This document shows positions 22,265-33,350 of a stretch of DNA of 64,000 nt, in pieces. The translations under genes were made by a program, and so were the position numbers. The notes under the pieces are model-generated. The model searched no databases, had not been told where the DNA came from, and saw only the letters and a program-made list of their open reading frames with translations. Source of the DNA: Hyaloraphidium curvatum SAG 235-1. Taxonomy: Eukaryota; Fungi; Monoblepharomycota. Position 1 is the stretch's first letter. Each line of letters opens with the position of its first letter. Where the stretch lies: NCBI GenBank assembly GCA_025558095.1, contig JAIVFI010000002.1, positions 62,001 through 126,000 of the forward strand, read 5' to 3'.

Positions 22265-23370
22265 ATGAAAGGACCCTTCCTCTCACTCGCGCTCCTCTCC
22301 CTCCTGGCCGGCCCCGCCCTGGCCTGGCCCGACAACGCCGGCACCATCTGCGGCGTCTCCTCGTCCGACATCTCGGAAATGGCACGGTCCCGCCACGGCG
22401 GCCGGACGTCGGGCGGGAGCTTCTCGGTGGCGGCGGTCGCTGCGTCGTCGGGCAGCGGCTACTCCGTGACCCTGAGCGGGTCAACCTACACCGGGCTCGT
22501 CATTCTCGGTGGGCGGTCCGCTGTCCCGGTGCTGCGGACCGGGAATTGACCCCGCCACCCGCCCCTGCAGCCCGCGATTCGTCAAACAACCTCGTAGGCT
22601 CCTTCTCCGGCTTCCCCTCGGGCCTCTCGGTCAAGGGCGACTGCGGGGGCAACCGGGGTGCGATCCTGGAACACAACTCTGCCAGCCGCAAGTCGCTGCC
22701 CATGACCCTGCAATGGACGCCGGACTCGTCCCTCGCCGCGGGCGCCACCGTGACCTTCGAGGTGCGTGGGGCGTGGCAAACTCCCTCCGAAAGCGAAGCT
22801 GACTTGCATGATGTACAGGCAATGGTGGTGGTGACCACCAGGTCATGGTACGTGGCGAGCGCAGGCTCGGTCGTGCTCGGAGGCGCCGAGGAAACAACGA
22901 CAACAACAGAAACAACGACCACGACGACGCGGGCAGCGGCCACCACGAGCACGAGCCGCACTTCGCAGTCGCAAGCCACCGCCACGACATCTTCCGCATC
23001 CTCCGCCTCGGCAACCGCCACCTCCTCCTCGCGGACCGCCTCGGCGACCGCCTCCTCCTCCTCCTCCCGCACGACCAGCACCTCCTCCCGCACCACCTCG
23101 ATCTCCTCCCCCGCACCAATCCCCACCGACGACACCGACGGATCCGAAGCCTACTCCCTCACCGCCTCCTTCACAAACTTCGCCGCCTCCCCCGCCCTCT
23201 TCTACGCCCTCTGGACCGCCTTTGCCGCGCTGACCGTCCCCGCGCTCGCCATGCGGGCGTGGGAATCGAGGGTCGATGCGCGCGCGCTGGACCGGGCGGT
23301 GCTGGTCGCCGCGGGGGCGGCGATGGAGGGGCGGGCACCCGTGGGACCGGACATGACCATGCGGCGCTGA
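22265..23370 (+). CDS. Reeler-domain cell-surface protein with Ser/Thr stalk and TM segment
   Basis: Signal peptide; WPDNAG..C...HG; YTGLVILARD...VGSF; C...ILEHNSASRK...LQWTP; TFEAMVV; two introns; 3' end may be spliced further. Confidence 0.75.
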
Positions 23371-23477
23371 TACTCGTGCACATTCGGACTCGTTTTGCAC
23401 TGCTCGCACGGGGACGGCTAGAGTTGTAGAGCTGCCATGAATGCATGCATCGTGGCCACCGGCCTGGGTATTCACTA

Positions 23478-24785
23478 CTAATGCGGTCCTCGTGCGGGAG
23501 AAGTCGGCGACAGGGGCGCAATCTTGCGCCTCATCCAGTCGTCCAATATCGCAGCCACCTCGTCCGGCCGTTCCAGCGCCACCCATATCCCCGCCCCCGC
23601 CAGCGTCGTCTCTTCGAGGTCCGGGCACAGCCTGCGCATGTCGGCCCTGCGCCCCTCTGCCGAAGCCGGCTGGAACTCCGCCCCCACGAACAGCACGGGA
23701 ACGGTGATCCCTCGCGGCACGCCGCGGAACTCGTCCACCGTCGACGCTTCCAGCCGGTAGAGCTGTATCGGCCCCCCGAACCCGCCGATGGAGCGGTAAT
23801 GCGACACCAGCAGCTCCTCGTCCTCGGGGGGCACCAAGGGCGACCTGTCCGCCGCCCGCTTCCGGATCGCTTCCCTCGCGACCGCGCCGTCCATCCGCGG
23901 GCTGAACGAGGACATCATCGCCGCCGTCTTCTCGGCCTCTTCCCGGCCCCCGGGCCGGAGGGCGACGTGCAGGCTGGCGGCCAGGTCCGCGTCGAGCTCC
24001 TCCACCGCGCGGTCGGTGCCCAGGTACAGCCTGTGCGCGATCAGCGGGTCGGCCTTGGCGGCAAAGAGGGCCGGGGGCACGTAAATCTCCGCGGGGGGTA
24101 TGTAGGGTGTGGAGAGGAACACCGCGTGCGAGACGACGTGCGGGTAGAGCAGGTACAGGGCCGAGGCGAATCGGTGCGCCTCGTGGTAGGCGACCACGGC
24201 CGCCCGCGGGATGAGCAGGGAGGCGAGCAGGCCGGCGAGGTCCAGGGCGATTTCCCGGCAGCTGTAGAATGTTCTGCGTGCGGCGGTGTCGGCCTGCTTG
24301 GGCTGCGGGTCGCCGGGGTTGAATCCGCGGATGGAAGGGATGAGCAGGCGGTAGCCGCGGGCGACGAGCCTGGGCACGAGCCGCCGCAGGCCGTGCGGTC
24401 CTTCCACCGAGGTTGCGAGGCACAGAAGAGTCGCCCGTAGTGGACCGACCGGCGGCGAGGCGTCCACATATGAGAAACGGTACCCCCGGACGTCCGCGGT
24501 GAGCAACGGATATCCCGCCACGCCGACATCCCGCCGCCCCGCGCCATCGCTGCCCGGCCGCGCCGGGAGCGGGTCGCTGTTTGTTTGTCCGTTTGCGTGC
24601 TGCAGCCAATGGCCAGGGACCGGCGGCGAGACGGGCGACGGCAGCGGCCACGAGGAGGCAAACGCCGGCAGCGGCGGCGGCCCGCGCCCGGCGCCGGCCG
24701 CAGCCGAATCGCGGCCCTCCGTCGACGCCGAGACGTCCGAAAAGAAGGAATCGTCGGTCTCGGTGTCGGAGTCCGTGCCCGACAT
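23478..24785 (-). CDS. Epoxide-hydrolase-fold alpha/beta hydrolase lacking catalytic residues, paralogue 1
   Basis: GYRLLIPSIRGF, DLAGLL, LSTPY, ITVPVLFV and W..LERPDEV match the fold; the nucleophile elbow reads AYHEA and the His position reads GAGIW. Confidence 0.8.
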   Translation of the reverse strand: MSGTDSDTETDDSFFSDVSASTEGRDSAAAGAGRGPPPLPAFASSWPLPSPVSPPVPGHWLQHANGQTNSDPLPARPGSDGAGRRDVGVAGYPLLTADVRGYRFSYVDASPPVGPLRATLLCLATSVEGPHGLRRLVPRLVARGYRLLIPSIRGFNPGDPQPKQADTAARRTFYSCREIALDLAGLLASLLIPRAAVVAYHEAHRFASALYLLYPHVVSHAVFLSTPYIPPAEIYVPPALFAAKADPLIAHRLYLGTDRAVEELDADLAASLHVALRPGGREEAEKTAAMMSSFSPRMDGAVAREAIRKRAADRSPLVPPEDEELLVSHYRSIGGFGGPIQLYRLEASTVDEFRGVPRGITVPVLFVGAEFQPASAEGRRADMRRLCPDLEETTLAGAGIWVALERPDEVAAILDDWMRRKIAPLSPTSPARGPH

Positions 24786-24999
24786 CGCGGAGACGGATTC
24801 TCGAGTGTCCCAAGTTCCAAGGAAATGACGTGGAGGCGCGGTCCAGATGGGGAGAAACAGGGACGTTCGATGAGGAACCACATCCGACTCACTCGCACAC
24901 AACTCGAAACTCGATCGACACCCGTCCAATACCGCCGAGCTGCGCCAAGCCAGGAACCGGCCGCTCTTGACGGGCCTCGCTCGCACCCCCGCAATGCAG

Positions 25000-26684
25000 T
25001 CATCGCTTCCCGTCCCTCGCCCCTCCCACCGCTCCCTGAACCACCTCCCCCGACCCCGCCCGCATCCGCTTCTCCCTCCCCAGCATCCACACCTCGGCCC
25101 ACGCACACGCAGACGCGACGAGGATCATCGAGCCCCCGAACATCTGGATGGGGATGTAGTTGGTCGTCCGCGCGCCGTCGGGGGCGTAGGACGAGAAGGT
25201 GTCGAAGAGGTAGCCGACCAGCACGGGGCCGGCGAGGCCGGGGATGCAGCACCTGCGTGTGCGTCAGGAGACGCGCGGGACCTGGGGTGGGCTACGCACC
25301 AGGAATAGATCAGGCCGATCGCGCTGGCGTAATGGTCCGGGAAGGCGTTGGCGACGACCACGGGGTACAGGCCGTGGTAGGCGCCAGTGGCGAACGTCCC
25401 GTCTGCAGGAACATGGTAAGGAACGGTCGCTCAGGCCACGACAGCACGCCACTCACAGAGGAGCGAGAAGGCGATGATGGAGCCCAGGTTCTTTGCAAAC
25501 GGCCAGACCAGGAACTGCACCAGCGCCGCCCCCCCGATGCCCCCGGCAAACATGCTCGCGGGTTCGAGTAAGCGCGCGAGGAACCCCTGCGCGACGCGGA
25601 AGACGAGGCCCGCGATGTTCATGATCGAAATCATGAGCGAGGCCTGGCCGGGGGAGAGCCCCTGGTCCGTCGAGTACTGCGGGAGATAATACGTGGGAAT
25701 GTAGTAGCCCCAGGTGATCCAGAAGCCGACCGCGCTCAGGATCCAGTAGTGCTTGGACCGGAAGAACATGGGGTCGAAGAACTTTGGCTTTTTCGCGACC
25801 CTGCTCGGCGCTCCGAACGGCCGCACGCCCACGGGCTGCAGCACGAGTGTGCACGTCCCCAGCACTACCGCCGAAACGAGCGCCATCACGCGGTATGCCC
25901 AAGCGGGTCCGACACTGTCCAGGAGCGCCTGTATGACCAAGGGCCACACGAACCCTCCGACCCCGCCACCGGTCCCGCCCAGGCCGATCGCCAGCGCCCT
26001 CCTCTCGGGCCGCCAGTGCGTGACCAGCACCCCGCCGCTGGGAATCAGCAGGCACGCGATGCCGAGGCCGTACATGAACCCCTGGGTGAGGTAGAGCGCC
26101 CAGAGCTGCCCCGCGGCGGCGGCAAACGACGACGCGAGCCACGACAGGCTGAACAGCGCGGTGCCGAAGCAGAAGACGCGCTGGTGGCCGAGGATGTCCG
26201 AGGCCCGGCCGACAAAGATGCCCAGGAGGGTCGAGCAGGCGTATGCGATCGAGCCGACCCAGGCCAGCGCCTTCTGCGACTGCGGGCCGAACGTCTCCTC
26301 GGCGTAGAAGTAGCGCTGCCACACGCCCTGGCTGAACGACGTGCCGTAGCTGAAGAACATGGCCAGGAAGGTCGCGATGAGCACGATCCACGCGCGGAGG
26401 CCCTCGGGCTGGGGCGTCGGAGGAGTGGCGGGCGCGTCCGGCGGGGGGTCCGCGGCAGCCTCGCCGGGCTCTTTGGAGCTCATGACGTTGTCCGGCTGCG
26501 CCGCCGCCGCGAGCTGCGCGCTGGCTGCGGGCGGCGGCTCCAGGGGACGCGGTTCCGGCGCCGAGACGGCAACGTCCTCAACCACGTCCGAACGCTCGGT
26601 GCCTCCGAACGCCGCTGGAACCCCATGTTCTGGCTCAAAATCTGTCCTTTTCGGGCCTTCGTCAGAGTCGTCCGCCGGCGCCAT
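25000..26684 (-). CDS. MFS monocarboxylate-transporter-like permease (MCH family)
   Basis: PEGLRAW, SFSQGVWQ, LAWVGS, GRASDILG, LYLTQG..YGLG, RRALAIG; about 12 TM; two 3' introns; start could be 26483. Confidence 0.9.
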
Positions 26685-26868
26685 GTCCGCAGCGTCTCCC
26701 AGGATGAGGAACCAAGTCAGAGCCCGCCTTCGCCACGCCGCCTCCCCGACCAACTCCTTCATGGAGGCGATCATCTCCCAGTACCGCGGCTCTTTTTCGC
26801 TAAAGACAATACTCCATCTGCCGTCCAATCTCGAGCTACCATGAATGGGTGCCCCGCGCCCCAACCGC

Positions 26869-29638
26869 CTACCCCACGACGTGCGAGTTCCTCAGCACCT
26901 CGAGCTCCGCCTCAGTGATCAGCGGCCCCCCCGCGCCCTCGGCCAGCCTCTTGACCACCTCCCGCACCACCACGTACGCGCGGTGCGTGTTTTCCCACAC
27001 GCCCCCGGCCCCCGCCATGCCCTCCAGGCACCCCTCGATGTCGCCCACCAGCTCCCGCACCGTGTCCACGGCCCCCGCGTCAGCCGCCTTGGAGCCCGAC
27101 AGCGCCGCGTTGAACCTGCGTATGGCCGACACGTGCACCCAGGCCGCACGCAGGACGCCGAGCGCCCAGATGGGCGGCAGGTCCTTGGCCTCCTCGGCGA
27201 GCCGCTGCCGGTCCTGCTCCGGGTCGCGCGGGCCGGGGCCGTCGTCCTCGGGGCGGAGGAGCGTGCGCATGAGCCGGGAGATGGTGATTGCGTTGGCTTC
27301 CGCGCGGACAAAGGCCTCGGAGCTCGGCCAGTCCGGGTCCGGGTTCTCCATCTCGGCCAGCAGGTCCGAGGGCGAGTGCAGCACGAGGTCGAACGAGTGG
27401 ATGAAGATGAGGACCTGCGTGCTATGGGATTGCGAACATCAGCGTCGTCCGGCGAAACGGCAGCGCGCGCGACCCACAGCCTGTTGCCCCGCTGCCTGCC
27501 CCACCAGCGGATCGTGAGCTCCTTGAGCCCCCTCCCGTCCGCCTCCGAATCCATCCTGCGCACCTCCTCGGGCAGCCCGTCGAAAAACTCCCGCAGCGCC
27601 CGCGCCGCCTCCTCCTTCATCCTCCGCGCCGTCGCCTCCTCCTGCGACGCCCCCCTCGGCGGATCGAACAGTCTGTACCCCCTGTCCCGGAAGTACCTCC
27701 TGCACGCGAACGTGCGCTCCCACAGGCACGAAAACACCACGTAGAACGCCGACAGCCCGTTGCGGAGCATCCCCCCCGCCGCGAACGCCGCCGTCCTCCT
27801 GCGCGCCTCGGACCCCGCGGGCGCGTCGGCCCACTCGGCCACCTCGCGCACGGGGCGCAGCGCGACGGCGTCGAGGATGCCGCCCGAGGCGCGGTCGCGC
27901 TGCAGCCAGAGGGCGAGGTCCGCCGGTGTGGCGGGGACGGGGGGGAGGGATTCGAAGACGATGTCGGGGCAGGGGAGCGGGGCGTCGAGCCAGGGGCAGG
28001 GCTGGGCGTCGGCGCGGGAGCGGTCCGGGAAGAAGGCGAGGGCCGCGCTGCGCGCGTCGGCGAGGGCGACGTCGGTCATGAGGAGGACGGTGTTGAGGCG
28101 GGCGCGCTCCTCGGCCCAGATCCAGGAGGCGAGGTCGCGCGGGTCGCGGGTGGCGCCGTCAAGGGGGTGCTCGCCGAAGCGGACCAAGGGATGCAGCTGC
28201 AGTATCGCACGCGCCATCTCCGAGTAGTCCGTCCCGTGGCCGAGCATGGTGGTCCGCGCGACGACGGCGGCCATCATCAGGGTCGTCGCCGTGTCCGGAT
28301 CCGCCGCGGCGGGGTCCACCGACAGCATCGCGCGGACCTCGCGGCGGATGCGGTGCGCCACCTCGTCCGCCAGCGCGGGCTGGACAAACAGCGCCGCGTG
28401 CTCGTCCTGCTCGTCCGCCATAGCCAGGCCCGACCAGATCAGCGAGAGGACCAGGGTCGGGTCGGCCTGGAGCTGGCGCAGGCGCTGCTTGAGGGTGGGG
28501 ATGTGGATGAAGGGGTGGATCGAGTTGTGGTAGTGGAAGTGCAGGTCGATCATGTGCTCGACGGCGTCCCACGAGGGGAAGAAGGCGGGGAGGATGGTCG
28601 GGTACGGGTTCGCGTCGGGCGCCGGCGAGACCGCGGAATAGGGGGGCGCGAACGAGCCCGACATCCGCCGATCATCGACCACGTGCGCCAGCGGTCCAGG
28701 CGCAGGAGGCGTGGGGTAGCGAGGATCCGGGTAGCTGCCGTAGGTCGGGTACTGCGGGTTGGAGCCCGGTCTGGGCGAGCCCGAGACGGCCGAGAACTGC
28801 GCCGCCGAGTACTGCGAAAACGGCGACTCGGCGTAGCCGGATCCGTAGCCGGAGTACTGGCCCGCGGGCTGGCCGTAGGCGGCGGCCGCTGGGTACGGCT
28901 GCGGGGCAGCGACGGGCGCGTTGGAGTAGACGGCGCCGTCGTGCGCTGCGTGCCCGTAGCCGTGCTGCTGCTGCTGCGCGCCGGCGACGTAGCCAATGTC
29001 CTCGCTGCCGTAGCTCTCGGCCTCGCTCGCTTCGCCGTTGGCGTCCCCGTCCGCGTTGCCGTAGCTGGCGTCGTCGCCCTCGCCCGCGGGCCTGCGGCGG
29101 CGCACGGTGCACGACTTGCCGCTCTTGCCGGGGCGCAGGTGACGCTTCAGGGCGTCGCCGCGGGTGAAGGCTGCGCCGCAGCGGGGGCAGACGTGCGAAC
29201 GGTCATTGCTGTGCGACGCCTCGTCTGGGAGGGGGAAGGAAAAGTCAGATTCCGGCCTGCGAAGACCGCAGCCCCGAGGCACGACACCCACGCCGCCGCA
29301 GCTCGTACACGCGCCCGAAGGCCTTGCCGCAGCGCTCGCAGCGGTGGTTTTTCTCGCCGGTGTGTGTGAGCATGTGCGCCTGCATGTTGTGCTGTATTGA
29401 GGTTGGAGATCAGTGCCTCCGTGCCCTCCAGCGCCGCCAAACCCGCCTTGCGCGAGAACTTCGAGCCGCACGTCGGGCACGCGAAGCGCTTGTCCTGCGC
29501 GGCGCCGGGGCTGCGCGGCGACTCGGCGTCGGACGCGTCGGAATGCTCGCGGCGCCGCGCCTTGCCGCGCGGCCCGCCCGCGCCGCTGTCGGCCTCGCCC
29601 GCGCCGCCGCCGTCGGGCCCGTCGTGCGCCGCCGCCAT
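26869..29638 (-). CDS. C2H2 zinc-finger transcription factor with fungal middle-homology region
   Basis: Spliced fingers FACPTCGSKF..HMLTHTGEK, HRCERCGKAF..RH, HVCPRCGAAFTRGDALKRH; HPFIHIPT and WIWAEERAR motifs. Confidence 0.88.
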
Positions 29639-29875
29639 AGGAGCGCCGGCGGTGCTGGAAAACCCGCTGATCCTCTGGGTGGCAAGGTTCGGGAACCGTT
29701 TTTCGCAATTTCTCGCTAGACGTGGCGAAGTCGGTAGCAAAATCTGCTAAGCACTCGCAATCCCCCGCCCTCGGGATCGCCGTTCCTGGCGCGAACGGCT
29801 GCTCGGGTGGTGTCGCCCGGTCCTCGTGGCCATCATTGAAGTCCGCCCGGCACGAGGCCGTGTCTGCCGACGGCG

Positions 29876-31060
29876 ATGGGACCTTCCGATGCCGGGCCAG
29901 CGTCGAGCCCGCATTTGGGGGACACGGGAGGCGCCCTGGCCGTGCTGTCGAGCCTGCTGCGGCCGAAAAGCGCGTCTGCTTTATCTAGGGCCCTGGAGGA
30001 CGAGACCGTCGCGGCCGGTCTGCCTGACTACTTTGGAGCGATCGCGCTCGCCGTCCGGGCCGAGACGGCAGTGCTTCGCGACGAGCCGCCCTCGTTCGAC
30101 GGCCAGCTCGACGCTTTCAGGGAGCGCTTGACGAATGACGCGTCGAGACGGGACTTTGCCGAGGTTCTGGAGCAGCTCGGGGTACCCGCCAAGGCGGCAA
30201 TGTGGGAGACCGCCTCTGATAGTTCACTTGAGGCGCGACTCGTTGCTTCGCTTTCATCGCTGAAGGCTATCGCCGACGCCATTGGCGATGCGTCTGCCAC
30301 GCGGGCTTCAGGCCGGGAACCTCCCCGCGTGATTCGCGCCGCGACAGCCCTCCTCTGTGAAACCCTCTCGGATCTCATCGTCTCCTACGACGACCGGACA
30401 CAATACCCGGCTCCCCAAATCTCATCATCCGACGTTCTCCCCTCCACCCTCTCCATTCTCTCCCAGGATCCCGATCCAAACGCCGCCTCCTCCCTCCGCT
30501 CCCTGGCCGCCAACGCCCTCGACGCGGGCTGCTTCCCCCCCGCCCTCCTCCCCTCCCTGACCTCCCACATCCTCCGCAACCCCTCGGCACCGGACTTCCC
30601 GCGCCTCGTCGCGCTGGCCCCCCTCTCCCCCGCGGAACTGTGCTTCCTCCACGCGCGCTCGCGCTCCCCCGACCTCGCCCAGGCGTGCCTGGCCCGCCTG
30701 CCCCGCGCTTTCGGGGGGTGGGACGACCGCACCGCCGGCGTGCTCCTGGACGGCTTGATCGACGACCTCCGCTCGGCCGGCACGCCGTCCCCTGCGGGCG
30801 CGGCGATGCCCGGGCTCGCGTGGGCGAGGGACGATCTGGGGACGTACGATGGGGAGCCGGAGGAGCTGCCGGACAGCGTGCCGGTGCGGGAGCAGCTGAG
30901 GGAGAAGATCGCAGGGGGGGACGTGCTGAGGGTGCTGGCGCGGGCGGTGGAGAAGGGGTGGAGGCCGGCGGAGGGGAAGGCGGAGACTCTGGCGGGGTTG
31001 GTAAAGGGGTGGGATGTTCCTGGCTGGAAAGAGTTCGTTTCGGCGTCGCGGCACGGGTAG
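29876..31060 (+). CDS. Hypothetical alpha-helical protein (394 aa)
   Basis: Intact ORF filling the space between neighbours; Leu/Ala-rich; no family recognised. Confidence 0.6.
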   Translation: MGPSDAGPASSPHLGDTGGALAVLSSLLRPKSASALSRALEDETVAAGLPDYFGAIALAVRAETAVLRDEPPSFDGQLDAFRERLTNDASRRDFAEVLEQLGVPAKAAMWETASDSSLEARLVASLSSLKAIADAIGDASATRASGREPPRVIRAATALLCETLSDLIVSYDDRTQYPAPQISSSDVLPSTLSILSQDPDPNAASSLRSLAANALDAGCFPPALLPSLTSHILRNPSAPDFPRLVALAPLSPAELCFLHARSRSPDLAQACLARLPRAFGGWDDRTAGVLLDGLIDDLRSAGTPSPAGAAMPGLAWARDDLGTYDGEPEELPDSVPVREQLREKIAGGDVLRVLARAVEKGWRPAEGKAETLAGLVKGWDVPGWKEFVSASRHG

Positions 31061-31104
31061 CGCCCTCTATATCATTGTAGAATTCCGACTCGGCAACCAG
31101 CTTC

Positions 31105-33137
31105 TCAGTCCCACACCCTCCTCTTCCCCACGAGCCACGTCTCGAGCACCGCCAGGGACCCCAGCTCCCGCGTCGGCACCGCGAACGGGTCTCGGTCCAG
31201 CACCACAAAGTCGGCGAACTTGCCCGGCTCCAGCGACCCCGTGATGTCCTCCACGCCCAGCGCCACGGCGCCGTTGATGGTCAGCGCGCGAAGGGCCTGC
31301 TCGCGGGTGACGGCCTGCTCTGGGGAGAAGGCAGCGCCGGAGCGGGTACCGCGGTCGACCATGACTTGAAAGTCGCGGATGGGCTGGATGGGGACGACGG
31401 GCGTGTCGGAGTGCACGTTCCAGATGAGGCCGGCGTCCTCGGCGGACTTGAAGGTGACCATGCGTTCGCGGAGCTGGTCGGCAGGGGAGTCAGATACCCG
31501 GCGTGAATGAAGTCGAGGCAATCACCTTGGGCCCGAAGACTTCTTTGTAGCAGAATTCGCCGAGCCAGTAGTAGAACGACGACATGTAGCTGGGAAACAC
31601 CCTGTCGAGAAACAAATTGAGGAATCGGAATCCCAGGTAGCGACCAAGGCGACGAACCCCAGTTCCTTCATACGCGGGTACTCGTCCTGCCTCGACACCG
31701 TCACGTGCTCGAGCCGCAGCCTCCAGTTCGCGTCCTCCTTGCGGTACTCCTCCGCCTTGCCCCAGTGCTTCTCGAACCCGTCCATGACCACGTCCTGCGC
31801 CCTGTCCCCGATGGCGTGGACCATGGGGCTCCACCCGCCCTCCTTCATCTCCTTCAGCCGGTCCCAGATCTCCTGCTCCGGGAAGTTCAGGCCCCCGCAG
31901 TTGTCCTCGGGCGGGCCGAGGTACGGCTCGCTGACGAACGCCGTCTTGCCCTGCCCCGACGCGTCCGAGAGCATCTTGATCCCCGCGACCGAGAGCAGAG
32001 AGCCGTTTCCGGCGGCGAGCGGGGAGAACATTGGCGCGCCAGGTCGGGCCTGGGTCCAGCCTTTGGAGCGGAGGTTGGCGGCGAGCACGGGCGGGCGGGG
32101 TTCCTGCTGCGTGTGGGCGTGGAAGCCCACGCGGACGTGCAGGCCGCCGGTGGCTTCGGCCATCTCGAACACGGCGAGTGCCTGCTCGGAGCTTCGTGCT
32201 TGAGGGACCCTATGGGAAGAGAAGCGTTAGGTGTCTGAGCTCGAGTCGGCTGAGCAACATCGCACCATGCTTCCGAGATGGTCGTCAGACCCTTCCGCGC
32301 AAACACTTCCGACAGCGTGTCCGACAGGATCGACGACATTTCCTCGGGCGACGGCTCGGGGATGTGCTTCTGGAAGGCTCCGACCAGGCTCTCCTCGCCG
32401 ACACCGTTCATCCGCCCGTCCGGGAACCGCTGGAAATGCCCGCCTCCGGGATAATCCTCCGTCGTCTCGGTGACGCCCTCCATAATCAAAGCGGGAGAGT
32501 TGACGATGATGAAATGGGACGTGTTGTGGGTGACCACGATGGGTCTTTTGTCCGAGATGGCGTCGAGGTCGTCGCGGGTGATGAAGGTGCGGTCGGGCGA
32601 CTGCATGGCGTGGTTGAAGCCCGCAAAGGCGATGATGCCGTCGCCGGGCGTCTCGGCGTGCACCTTGCGGATCTTTTCCAGCACGTCGTCCTTGGTCGGG
32701 CACACGAACATGCTGACGTCGTGGACGACGCTGCGGCCCACGGCGGCGATCATCGGATGGGTGTGCACGTCGATGAGGCCCGGGATCACGGATTTTCCTG
32801 CGAGCTCGACGCGTTCGACGCCCTCCTTGCCGTACGCGGCGAGGATGTCGGAGTCGCTGCCGAGGGCGATGATGGTGCCCGCTTCCGACAAGGCCATCGC
32901 CGTCGCGTCCTGCGGCACATTGTCCGACACGGGCACGATCTTCTGCAGGCCGAACACGACCGTCTTTGCCTTGTCGCGCGACTTGGCCTCCGCCGCCGCC
33001 GCGCCGTCTCCCCCGCGGAGCCGCAGGACGGCATCGCCCGGCCACGACGGCGGGAAGCTCAGCGGCGCGAAACCCGCGGCGCAGCAGCACGTCGGTGCGG
33101 GCGCCGGAGCGTGCGAGGCGTCGCAGGCGTGGGACAT
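31105..33137 (-). CDS. Amidohydrolase 3 / YtcJ-like metal-dependent hydrolase
   Basis: VIPGLIDVHTH, GIKMLSD, HAIGDRA, RLEH, HSDTPV, GSLEPGKFADFVVLDRDP; three introns. Confidence 0.9.
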
Positions 33138-33350
33138 CGTGGGAGTGATTCGTCGGATGTTTGTCGGCCAGCGGCCGCGGGCCGTTCCCACTGCGCAGGG
33201 ATCGCCGCTCGCAAGACGGGGCAACACTGCTCTCTTCCCTAGAAAAGGTGGGAAAGAGTGATCAATCCGTGTCTACTACTGCGGATGGATGTCCAACGCC
33301 GGTAGATGGCAAGGCTGCAATAGATATTACGGGCGGAATACACCAAATCA

